From: Solobacterium sp.
GTDB lineage: Bacteria > Bacillota_I > Bacilli_A > Erysipelotrichales > Erysipelotrichaceae
Direction of reading: 5' to 3'
Length of the DNA stretch: 64,000 bases
Assembly (NCBI GenBank): GCA_017941735.1
Contig: JAGAVW010000042.1
Span: 236-64,235, forward strand
Below are positions 29,032-37,997 of this stretch, piece after piece. The notes under the pieces were generated by a model. That model did not search any database and was not told the origin of the DNA. It was given only the letters and a program-made list of their open reading frames with translations. A program made the position numbers and the translations under genes. Positions within the stretch are counted from its first letter, which is position 1, and each line of letters begins with the position of its first letter.

Positions 29032-31347
29032 ATGAGTCATGATGTAAATGTACGTGTTCCAGTTGTATGTACGCGTGGGATTGTAATCTTCCCTGGCCAA
29101 GATGTCATGATTGAGGTCGGAAGAGAAAAATCCATTCATGCGGTAAATGAAGCTGGACAATCCTTTGATAACATGGTTTGGATTGTTTGCCAAAACGATA
29201 TTATGGTTGATAATCCTACCGAGAAAGATCTTTATGAAGTAGGAACACTGAGTAAAGTGAAAATCGTACGCCGTAAAGAAGGTTTTATGCGTGTCACCTT
29301 CACAGGTATGAAACGGGCGCGTTTAAAGAGCTTATCGGATGATGGCGAAATGATGATGGCTGAAATTGAACCACTTGAAGATGTGCAAGGAAGTTCCATG
29401 GAAGAAGTGGCATTAGTTAAAAAGATTATTGGTGAATTCCAAAAGTTCTCGAATTTAACTGCTGCCTTCCCAGCTGATATTTTAAGCCAATTAACAAAAG
29501 GGGTCTCTGCGATTACATTGACCGATCAATTTGCGCAGTATTTCCCTTTAGAAACGGCCTTTAAACAAAAACTGCTTGAAACAGTCAATGTCAATGAACG
29601 GATGTTGATGATTATTGCGGAGCTTGAAAAACAACACGAATATAACCAAATTGAAGCAACCATCAATGACAAAGTAAAAGAACACATTGATGATAGTCAA
29701 AAAGAATATTTCTTACGTGAAAAGCTACGTGCGATTAAAGAAGAGTTAGGGGATGTTTCTAATTTAAGCGATGATAGTGCAGAACTACGCGAGATGATTG
29801 AAAACAATCCATATCCAGAGCACGTTAAAGAAAAAGCGCGTGAAGAATTACAGCGTTATGAAATGTTGCCACAAGGAAGTGGAGAAGCAAGTGTTGCGCG
29901 TTCTTATTTAGATTGGCTTTTGAAAGTGCCTTGGTGGCAAAAAACAGAGGACAATGAGAACCTCAAAGAAGTCCAAGGGGTTCTAGATGAAGACCATTAT
30001 GGCTTAAAGAAAGTCAAAGAGCGTATCATGGAGTATCTTGCGGTCAAACAGATGACAGGGAACCTCAATTCCCCAATTATCTGTTTAGTCGGTCCTCCTG
30101 GTGTTGGTAAAACTTCTTTAGCGAAATCCATTGCGCGCTCACTTGGTCGTGAGTTTGTCAAAATGAGTTTGGGTGGTGTGCGTGATGAAGCAGAAATCCG
30201 TGGGCACCGTCGTACGTATTTAGGGTCTTTACCTGGACGTGTCATTCAAGGTATGAAAAAGGCTGGTGTGATTAATCCTGTCTTCTTGATTGATGAAATT
30301 GATAAGCTTGGTTATGACTATAAAGGCGACCCAAGTAGTGCGTTATTAGAAGTATTAGATCCGGAACAAAACGCTTTGTTTAGTGACCATTACTTAGAAG
30401 AGCCTTATGATTTATCTAATGTCTTATTCATTGCGACAGCAAACTATTTGGAAAACATTCCTGCCCCATTACAGGATCGTTTAGAGATTATTGAATTACC
30501 TTCTTATACAGAAGTAGATAAAGTGCATATTGCCTTAGAACATCTCATTCCAAAACAACTAAATGCGAATGGATTAAAAGATACGCAATTCCATTTAAAA
30601 GAAAAAGAAATCTTATACCTCATTCGTCATTACACAAGAGAAGCAGGGGTAAGACAATTAGAACGTGTCATTGGCACCCTATGTCGTAAAACCGTTCTTG
30701 CGATTTTAAATGATGGCAAGCGTTCGGTTACCGTTAATGAAAAACTCATTCATGAATGGCTTGGCAAAGACATTTATGAATATGGTACAAAAGAAAAGAA
30801 AGACCAAATTGGGGTCGTAACGGGCTTAGCTTATACCCAATTTGGAGGAGACGTCTTACCAGTTGAAGTCAATTATTTTGATGGAAAAGGTGGCTTAATC
30901 TTAACGGGTAAGTTAGGAGATGTCATGAAGGAATCTGCAGAGATTGCCTTAGACTATGTCAAAGCACATGCGAAGGAATTTGGGATTGATTCTGAATTCT
31001 TTGGAAAACATGACATTCATATCCATGTGCCTGAAGGAGCTGTTCCAAAAGATGGACCTTCTGCAGGGGTGACGATGACGACTGCGATTGTTTCGGCATT
31101 AAGTGAAACACCAGTGCATAGTGATTTAGCGATGACTGGAGAAGTCACATTGCGTGGAAATGTATTACCAATTGGTGGCTTACGTGAAAAATCCTTAGCC
31201 GCAAATCGAGCGGGAATTTCTAAAATTGTCATTCCAAAGGCGAACTTACGTGACTTGGATGATATTCCAGATGCGGTAAAGGAAAATGTGACATTCTATC
31301 CAGTGGAAACAATGGCACAGGTATTGAAGGAAGCATTGGTGCGTTAA
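29032..31347 (+). CDS. lon: ATP-dependent Lon protease
   Basis: LON N-domain, AAA+ Walker A GPPGVGKTS, protease PKDGPSAG Ser and downstream Lys. Confidence 0.98.
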   Translation: MSHDVNVRVPVVCTRGIVIFPGQDVMIEVGREKSIHAVNEAGQSFDNMVWIVCQNDIMVDNPTEKDLYEVGTLSKVKIVRRKEGFMRVTFTGMKRARLKSLSDDGEMMMAEIEPLEDVQGSSMEEVALVKKIIGEFQKFSNLTAAFPADILSQLTKGVSAITLTDQFAQYFPLETAFKQKLLETVNVNERMLMIIAELEKQHEYNQIEATINDKVKEHIDDSQKEYFLREKLRAIKEELGDVSNLSDDSAELREMIENNPYPEHVKEKAREELQRYEMLPQGSGEASVARSYLDWLLKVPWWQKTEDNENLKEVQGVLDEDHYGLKKVKERIMEYLAVKQMTGNLNSPIICLVGPPGVGKTSLAKSIARSLGREFVKMSLGGVRDEAEIRGHRRTYLGSLPGRVIQGMKKAGVINPVFLIDEIDKLGYDYKGDPSSALLEVLDPEQNALFSDHYLEEPYDLSNVLFIATANYLENIPAPLQDRLEIIELPSYTEVDKVHIALEHLIPKQLNANGLKDTQFHLKEKEILYLIRHYTREAGVRQLERVIGTLCRKTVLAILNDGKRSVTVNEKLIHEWLGKDIYEYGTKEKKDQIGVVTGLAYTQFGGDVLPVEVNYFDGKGGLILTGKLGDVMKESAEIALDYVKAHAKEFGIDSEFFGKHDIHIHVPEGAVPKDGPSAGVTMTTAIVSALSETPVHSDLAMTGEVTLRGNVLPIGGLREKSLAANRAGISKIVIPKANLRDLDDIPDAVKENVTFYPVETMAQVLKEALVR

Positions 31348-31925
31348 TGCAGTATTATGATGCGAAATATGTGGCCTCTGCCGTCAATCCATCGCAATAT
31401 CCAGATACCGATTTGATTGAAATCGTATTTGCGGGAAGAAGTAATGCGGGCAAAAGCAGCTTAATCAATGCGCTTGTCAATCGTAAGAATTTAGCTTACG
31501 AAGGCAAAACGCCTGGTAAAACACGGATGTTGAACTTCTTTGAGATTGATGGAAGATTTATGTTTACGGATGCGCCTGGCTATGGCTACGCAAAAGGAGG
31601 CGTAAAAACTTCACTTGCCTTTGGCGAAATCATGGAACCGTATTTCCAACTTCGTAAACCGCTTAAAGCATTAGTCTTAGTGTTGGATATTAGGCGCGAA
31701 CCGAATGAAGATGATTTACGAATGATTGAATATGCAAAAGAGAGTCATCTTTCAATTCTTTGCGCATTAACCAAAAGCGATAAATTATCTTATTCGCAAC
31801 AACTGCAATCCATTCAAAAGATTGTCAAAATATTAGGCATTCGTAAAGAAAGTGCCTTCCCGATTTCTTCCTTAAAGAAAACAGGTTTAGAAAACCTGTG
31901 GGAAGCAATTGAAAATTTAGAGTAG
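31347..31925 (+). CDS. engB: Ribosome biogenesis GTPase EngB/YsxC
   Basis: GRSNAGKSS, DAPGYG, TKSDK; conserved position after lon. Confidence 0.94.
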   Translation: MQYYDAKYVASAVNPSQYPDTDLIEIVFAGRSNAGKSSLINALVNRKNLAYEGKTPGKTRMLNFFEIDGRFMFTDAPGYGYAKGGVKTSLAFGEIMEPYFQLRKPLKALVLVLDIRREPNEDDLRMIEYAKESHLSILCALTKSDKLSYSQQLQSIQKIVKILGIRKESAFPISSLKKTGLENLWEAIENLE

Positions 31926-31928
31926 AGT

Positions 31929-32780
31929 TCACTCTGCTCTTTTTTCATGTATAAATAAGCCGGTATAGCGAGGAACTTGGAAGAATTCCATAAAGAAGTC
32001 ACATTTACATAAGAAGGAATAAAAGATATCCCGGTTTTGATCAGATAAGGATTCGTAATTTCCTTGACCTTTCGCAAAGATGACATCACTTGTATAAAGT
32101 AATTCTTTGGCTTCTGGACTTAGCATCTCTTCAATTGTTCCCGCAATATTCTTTCCACTTGGAACAATCGTTGCGACTTCATCCAGGCCAATATAAAGCG
32201 CATCTTCCATGGTGACATCATTTAAGACATCTCCGCCACGAACTAATACGGTTAAATGGAGTTGCGGATAGCGCTTTTTTAAGATACGTAAAAAGAGCTT
32301 ATCCAGTACAATTTCACCACAATTATCCGCAATTAATAAAAATGAATTAGCCTTCTTACATGCTTGTTCAAATTCTTGATAAGTCGCTTCATCTTCTTTA
32401 GAGAACTTCGCATTTTGAAGTACTTCTAAGAATTCGTTTTCATCTACACTTGCCTTAGAAGCATAATCAATAAAGTTCCCATTTCTTGCGTAGGCAATAC
32501 TACTCGCAAGGGGGTCTTTTTGGGCTTCGATTTGTTTTACAATACTTTCTTCAAGAGCTAAAACAAAATCATTGGAATCTTGTTTGATTTGTTTAAAGGA
32601 AACAAAACTATCAAACATCTTCCGATAGACTTGGTCACATTGATAAGTAAGATAAGGGGCCGTGTCTTCTGGCTTTCTTGTATCTAAGATTTCTTTTGCT
32701 TTCGAAAGATATTCAGGATTATCGGAAATCCGGTTTTGTCCTTTCCATATACAATCGATGCACAATTCATTAATTTTCAT
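31929..32780 (-). CDS. DUF89 / ARMT1-like damage-control phosphatase family protein
   Basis: ADNCGEIVLD and AKGQGNYESL motifs. ATG 32780 preferred over the track start 32852, which would overlap murG. Confidence 0.75.
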   Translation of the reverse strand: MKINELCIDCIWKGQNRISDNPEYLSKAKEILDTRKPEDTAPYLTYQCDQVYRKMFDSFVSFKQIKQDSNDFVLALEESIVKQIEAQKDPLASSIAYARNGNFIDYASKASVDENEFLEVLQNAKFSKEDEATYQEFEQACKKANSFLLIADNCGEIVLDKLFLRILKKRYPQLHLTVLVRGGDVLNDVTMEDALYIGLDEVATIVPSGKNIAGTIEEMLSPEAKELLYTSDVIFAKGQGNYESLSDQNRDIFYSFLCKCDFFMEFFQVPRYTGLFIHEKRAE

Positions 32781-32789
32781 GATGCCTTT

Positions 32790-32842
32790 ATTATAGCTTT
32801 TTTTGGGGAAGGATGAAGAAATATCGCGTCTTATGCTAAAAT
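32790..32842. promoter_or_regulatory. Back-to-back divergent -10 boxes for the DUF89 gene and murG (candidate leaderless promoters)
   Basis: Minus strand tataat (32795-32790) ends 9 nt before ATG 32780. Plus strand tgctaaaat (32834-32842) ends 8 nt before ATG 32851. Confidence 0.5.
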
Positions 32843-32850
32843 TGTAGGGC

Positions 32851-33921
32851 ATGAAGAAGATTATGATTGCGACTGGTGGGTCGGGTGGACATATCTATCC
32901 AGCCCTTGCTTTCGCTACGATTTTAAAAGAAAAGGAACCAAATTGTGAGATTGTCTTTTTTGGTTCCAATAACCATATGGAAAAAGACTTAATTCCAGAA
33001 GCAGGATATCGTTTTATTGGTGAAACGATGCATGGCTTACGGGGGAATGTAGTTGCCCAAGCAAAAGCAGTTTTTTCATTATGGAAAGGGTATCGCAAAT
33101 GCATAACTCTGTTAAAGGAAGAAAGACCAGATGCTTGTGTTGGTTTTGGGAATTATATTAGTGTTCCTCTATTATTAGCGGCGCACCGTTTACATATCCC
33201 GACGATGATTCATGAACAAAATTCCTATGCCGGGAAAGCAAATCATCTATTAGGGAAATTTGTGGATGCAATTGTCACGTCTTATCAAACGACAATGAGT
33301 CAATTCCCAACTGAAAAAACACGCTTATATGGAAATCCTGAAGCAACGCTAGCGGTACGGGATGAAATCGATCCGAGTTTACTAGCGTCTTATGGAATTG
33401 ATGCTACGAAACCTTTTATTGTCTCTATGATGGGCTCATTAGGCTCAAGCAGTGTTGCAAAAGTATTAGATGAAAGTTGTGAGATGTGGAATCCAAACTA
33501 TCAAGTCTTACTTGTGGTTGGAAAACAGAATGATTATCAATTCAAAGCACATAGCCCACACATTCACATTGTCCCATTTGTGGATGGCAAACAAGTATTA
33601 AAACAATGTGCCTTAGCTATTTTAAGAGCAGGTGCGACTACACTTTGTGAGGTGACTTCGATTGGTACGGCGTCTATTTTGATCCCAAGCCCCTTTGTAC
33701 CGAATAACCATCAGGTATATAATGCTATGGAGCTAGTGAATCAAAAAGCAGCCTTACTGATTGAAGAAAAAGACTTAACAGCAAAGCGCCTAGCGGACGA
33801 AGTCAATGCGTTACTCGAAGATAAGCAACGCTTAGAAGATATGAAAGCAAACGCAAAAGCATTAGGGAAAGAAAATGCTGCTTATGATATGATTGCTTGG
33901 CTGAAGGAGTTAGTAAAATGA
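32851..33921 (+). CDS. murG: UDP-GlcNAc:lipid I N-acetylglucosaminyltransferase
   Basis: GGSGGHIYPALA N-terminal motif, GT28 C-terminal domain (RAGATTLCE). Confidence 0.96.
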   Translation: MKKIMIATGGSGGHIYPALAFATILKEKEPNCEIVFFGSNNHMEKDLIPEAGYRFIGETMHGLRGNVVAQAKAVFSLWKGYRKCITLLKEERPDACVGFGNYISVPLLLAAHRLHIPTMIHEQNSYAGKANHLLGKFVDAIVTSYQTTMSQFPTEKTRLYGNPEATLAVRDEIDPSLLASYGIDATKPFIVSMMGSLGSSSVAKVLDESCEMWNPNYQVLLVVGKQNDYQFKAHSPHIHIVPFVDGKQVLKQCALAILRAGATTLCEVTSIGTASILIPSPFVPNNHQVYNAMELVNQKAALLIEEKDLTAKRLADEVNALLEDKQRLEDMKANAKALGKENAAYDMIAWLKELVK

Positions 33922-34817
33922 CGGATCTCAGGCATGAATTAGAAAAATATGCAGATGTTGTATGTGATGTACCACTATCGAAACTTACAACATTACGCAT
34001 TGGTGGGATTGCCCGCTATGTAGTATATCCAGAAAACCTTTTATCGTTAGAAGGGATTTTAAAGACGGTTGAAGCATATCACTTGCCTTATAAACTCATT
34101 GGAAAAGGGAGTAATTTATTGTGCTCAGATGAGGTATTTGAAGGCGTGATTATTCGTTTAGATAAACACTTTAATCAATTTTATATTGATGGGACTACCT
34201 TAGTTGCAGAAGCTGGCTGCTCCATTATTACGCTATCGGTAGAAGCGATGCGAAACGGGTTATCCGGATTGGAGTTTGCTAGTGGAATTCCTGCGACAGT
34301 AGGTGGTGTCACATTTATGAATGCGGGCGCTTATAAGAGTGCCATGAGTGAAGTGATTGAAAGTGTTTCTGTTTTACGTGATGGAAAAATGGAATGGATT
34401 AGCAATGAGGAATGTGAATTTGCATATCGTTCCAGTATCTTTCAAAAACATCCTGATTGGATTATTCTTGGCGTGCGCTTACAACTAAAAGAAGGCGACA
34501 AAGAAGAAATAAGACAACTCATGGAAAGCCGGAAAGAACGGCGTATGGCTTCCCAACCCCTAGATAAAGCAAGTGCTGGAAGTATTTTCCGTAACCCAGA
34601 AGAAGTGCCTGCTTGGGAGTTAATTGAAGGTATTGGGTATCGTGGAAAACGGATTGGTGGCGCGCAAGTGTCAGAAAAACATGTCAATTTTATTGTGAAT
34701 GAAGACCATGCGAGCGCCAAAGATTTCTTACAATTGATTGAAGAAATCCAAGCCAAAGTAAAAGAGAAATATCAAATAGATTTAGTCATGGAAGTGGAGA
34801 AGTTTAATTGGCAATAA
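33918..34817 (+). CDS. murB: UDP-N-acetylenolpyruvoylglucosamine reductase
   Basis: ATGA overlap with the murG stop (ATG 33918). FAD-binding domain, SAGSIFRNP, C-terminal MurB domain. Confidence 0.95.
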   Translation: MTDLRHELEKYADVVCDVPLSKLTTLRIGGIARYVVYPENLLSLEGILKTVEAYHLPYKLIGKGSNLLCSDEVFEGVIIRLDKHFNQFYIDGTTLVAEAGCSIITLSVEAMRNGLSGLEFASGIPATVGGVTFMNAGAYKSAMSEVIESVSVLRDGKMEWISNEECEFAYRSSIFQKHPDWIILGVRLQLKEGDKEEIRQLMESRKERRMASQPLDKASAGSIFRNPEEVPAWELIEGIGYRGKRIGGAQVSEKHVNFIVNEDHASAKDFLQLIEEIQAKVKEKYQIDLVMEVEKFNWQ

Positions 34818-35929
34818 AGAAAGATAAAACACTTCAGGATTTTCGTCCCGAACCATTAGGTGTCCTTAAGCTTTTACAAGATCGGAAAATTCGTCAGGAG
34901 AATCTTTCGTTTCAAGAGTCTAGGCCACTTCTTTTTGCGCTGTCTTTGATTGCGGGAATAGTATTAATTGTTGGTACGTATTTGCTTTTACCCATTAGTA
35001 AAATTAAGGCGGTTTCTGTTGTTGGAAACCAGTATTTAGAAAATCGGTATATCGAACGCATTTCAGGTGTCAATTACCAATCGCGTTTCTTTTTGACCTT
35101 TCCTGGTTTTGTCGCAAGAAAAGTCAAACAAGATCCAATGATTGAAGATTGTAAAGTGCGTTTACTTCCAAATCATATTGTTCAAATTGAAGTGAATGAA
35201 AAAGAACCGGTGGGCTATCGTTATAATGAAGAAGGACCTGTATTAATTATCAAGGATGCTACGCAAATCCCTTTAACAAGTGAATATATGCCTATGATTG
35301 CGCGTTTACCATTTATTACTGGATTTGTAGAGGAAGGTCAAACTTATAAATTAGCCCAAGCCTTAAGTAAAGTAGACCGTAAATTGATTGATGAAATATC
35401 GGAAGTGGAGCAGTATTTTTTGGATTATGATGAAGAAACCCTACAAATTCAAATGCGTGAAGGGGGCTATTTCTTTACTTCCTATTATTCCATTGAGACC
35501 TTAAATGCGTATCACGATATTTATGTGCGCATGAAGGATCATAATCATTGTTTTTATGCGGAAAGTGGAAAAACCATTGTGACAGAACGTGCTTGTCCTT
35601 GGGATGAAGTGCCAATTGAACATGAATATTGGCTGGATGAAACCGGCACACCACTCACCAATAAGTGGGGCGATAAAGCCGTTAAACACTATTACCATGA
35701 TGAAAATGGCAATTTCTATCTTGATGAAAATGGCAATCGAATTGTGATACCAATCAATGAATTTGTGGAAGATGTAGTAGATGAAAACTTCCTTGAGAAT
35801 TATTTTGCGGGTTATTATGCAACGGGTGAACTCGTTATTCCTCCAGAAGAAACTGAGGAAGGCGTCCCAGTGGAAGAAGGAACAGACGAAGAAGTGGTTG
35901 AAGAGCAAGAGACAAGTCAAGAAGGATAG
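34808..35929 (+). CDS. divIB: Cell division protein DivIB/FtsQ with an extended C-terminus
   Basis: TM segment, POTRA (KIKAVSVVGNQYL) and FtsQ-type domain, then an aromatic/Gly repeat-like segment and an acidic tail. TTG start at 34808 is uncertain. Confidence 0.8.
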   Translation: MAIKKDKTLQDFRPEPLGVLKLLQDRKIRQENLSFQESRPLLFALSLIAGIVLIVGTYLLLPISKIKAVSVVGNQYLENRYIERISGVNYQSRFFLTFPGFVARKVKQDPMIEDCKVRLLPNHIVQIEVNEKEPVGYRYNEEGPVLIIKDATQIPLTSEYMPMIARLPFITGFVEEGQTYKLAQALSKVDRKLIDEISEVEQYFLDYDEETLQIQMREGGYFFTSYYSIETLNAYHDIYVRMKDHNHCFYAESGKTIVTERACPWDEVPIEHEYWLDETGTPLTNKWGDKAVKHYYHDENGNFYLDENGNRIVIPINEFVEDVVDENFLENYFAGYYATGELVIPPEETEEGVPVEEGTDEEVVEEQETSQEG

Positions 35930-35985
35930 TCTTTCTTACTTGTGCGCGTTTTGATATAATTGTTTAGGCGTAAAGGAGATTTACA

Positions 35986-36345
35986 ATGACAGTTGAGAAA
36001 ACAACGAACTATGGAAATATCAGTGTCACGGAAGATGCAGTGGCATCTTTAGCAGGTGGCGTGATTACCGAGTGCTATGGTGTCATTGGAATGGCAAGTA
36101 AAAAAGTGCTTAAAGATGGCATTGCAGAATTATTGAAAAAAGAAAACTATAGTAAAGGTGTTGTCGTACGTAAAACAGAAAAAGGTCTTGAGATTGACCT
36201 CTATATTATTGTTGGCTTTGGTGTGAAGATTTCAGAAGTCGTTTCCGAAGCTCAAAAGAAAGTAAAGTATGTCCTTGAAAAGTCATTGTCGGAAGAAATT
36301 GTTGATGTCAATGTCTTTGTGCAAGGGGTACAGGCGATAGGTTAA
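35986..36345 (+). CDS. Asp23/Gls24 family envelope stress protein
   Basis: 119 aa; GNISVTEDAVASLAG...ECYGV typical family start; SD aaaggag. Confidence 0.88.
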   Translation: MTVEKTTNYGNISVTEDAVASLAGGVITECYGVIGMASKKVLKDGIAELLKKENYSKGVVVRKTEKGLEIDLYIIVGFGVKISEVVSEAQKKVKYVLEKSLSEEIVDVNVFVQGVQAIG

Positions 36346-36349
36346 GAAC

Positions 36350-37957
36350 ATGGATACAATTAATGGTGCAATTTTTCGAGAAATGCTCGAAAGTGGATGT
36401 AATAACTTAAATAATCGCAAAAAAGAAGTGGATGCTTTGAATGTTTTCCCTGTACCAGATGGGGATACAGGCACAAATATGTCAATGACATTCACGAATG
36501 GAATATTAGAAGTACGTAAAGCAGGAAGTGAACAATTATCACTCGTCGCAAAGACACTATCACGTGGTCTTTTAATGGGAGCACGTGGAAATAGTGGTGT
36601 TATTCTTTCGCAGATTTTCCGTGGCTTTTCCCAAGCGATTACGGATAAAGAAGAACTCAATGTTAAAGAGTTTAGTACTGCGATGTTAAATGGCGCAAAA
36701 GTTGCCTATAAGGCAGTTATGCGGCCAGTGGAAGGAACCATTTTGACAGTAGTTCGTGAATCGACGGATTTTGCGGATGTATATGTCGATAATCATCCAG
36801 AATGTACGATCAATGAATATATTGATATTTTATGCAAAGAAGGCAAAGCTTCTCTAGATCGTACACCAGAACTGTTACCTATTCTAAAAGAAGCACGTGT
36901 GGTTGATTCAGGTGGCTCTGGACTTTTAGCGATTTATGATGGCTTCCGTGCCTATCTAGAAGGTTCCCCAATCCAAGAATTATCCGATTCCGAAAAGATG
37001 CAATTAGAAGAAGCGGACAAGTTTAGTGGCTATCGTACTGAATTTATCTTAAATCTAAGTAACCAAGGACAACATCTCTATAAAGAAGATCGTTTCCGTA
37101 CTTCATTAAGTAAATTCTCTGAAAATATGACGGTCATTCAAGATGGTGATACTGTCAAAGTTCGCGTTAATACGATGACACCTGGTGAAGTCTTAAATTT
37201 AGGACAACGCTATGGGGAATTCAAGAAAATTCAAATTAGCTCAATTGAGGATAATGAAGAGTCAATTCTTGAAGAAGCAGAAGAAGAAAAAGTCGAAGAA
37301 AAAGAATATGCGATGATATCTGTTGCGGCGGGTGAAGGTTTAAAGAAACTGTTTGAGGAATATCGTTGTGATATTGTGGTCTCGGGTGGCCAAACGATGA
37401 ATCCTTCAACTGAAGACTTTGTCAGTGCAATTAAGAAGTTAAATGCGAAACATATCTTCATTCTTCCAAATAACTCGAATATCATTATGGCTGCTAAACA
37501 AGTTGCACAAGTCATTGAAGATAAAGATGTACAAGTTGTTCTTACAACGAGTATTCCACAAGGATTATCCGCCTGCATTGCATTTAATCCGGATGCGAAT
37601 GTAGAAGATAACTTAGAGATGATGGAAGAAGCGAGGAAGGCAGTGAAAACAGGCTCTGTCACCTATGCGATTAAAGATACGATGATTGAAGGCCATGACA
37701 TTCATGAAGGCGACTATATGGGGATTCTTGAAAAAGAAATCGTCATTACCGCAAAGGAAAAGATGGATGCGACCTGTAAGCTCATTGATGCGATGATTGA
37801 TGGCGAAAGTGAAATGGTCACAATTATTGCGGGTGAAGATGTCTCAAATGAAGAATTAACTACCGTTCAAAGCTATATCGAAGATAACTATGAAGTAGAT
37901 CTCGATATCCAAAAGGGAGATCAACCCGTCTATAGCTTTATGATTGGCGTTGAATAA
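36350..37957 (+). CDS. yloV: DAK2-domain fusion protein YloV
   Basis: DAK2 motif PDGDTGTNM; conserved asp23-yloV-recG order. Confidence 0.9.
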   Translation: MDTINGAIFREMLESGCNNLNNRKKEVDALNVFPVPDGDTGTNMSMTFTNGILEVRKAGSEQLSLVAKTLSRGLLMGARGNSGVILSQIFRGFSQAITDKEELNVKEFSTAMLNGAKVAYKAVMRPVEGTILTVVRESTDFADVYVDNHPECTINEYIDILCKEGKASLDRTPELLPILKEARVVDSGGSGLLAIYDGFRAYLEGSPIQELSDSEKMQLEEADKFSGYRTEFILNLSNQGQHLYKEDRFRTSLSKFSENMTVIQDGDTVKVRVNTMTPGEVLNLGQRYGEFKKIQISSIEDNEESILEEAEEEKVEEKEYAMISVAAGEGLKKLFEEYRCDIVVSGGQTMNPSTEDFVSAIKKLNAKHIFILPNNSNIIMAAKQVAQVIEDKDVQVVLTTSIPQGLSACIAFNPDANVEDNLEMMEEARKAVKTGSVTYAIKDTMIEGHDIHEGDYMGILEKEIVITAKEKMDATCKLIDAMIDGESEMVTIIAGEDVSNEELTTVQSYIEDNYEVDLDIQKGDQPVYSFMIGVE

Positions 37958-37981
37958 GCATGAATTCAATTCATGCTTTTT
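37956..37981 (+). terminator. Rho-independent terminator after yloV
   Basis: aagcatga ... tcatgctt stem then tttttt. Confidence 0.7.
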
Positions 37982-37990
37982 TGTTATAAT
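37982..37990 (+). promoter_or_regulatory. Extended -10 box, candidate leaderless promoter of recG
   Basis: tgttataat ends 7 nt before ATG 37998; no SD. Confidence 0.55.
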
Positions 37991-37997
37991 TTGTTAG

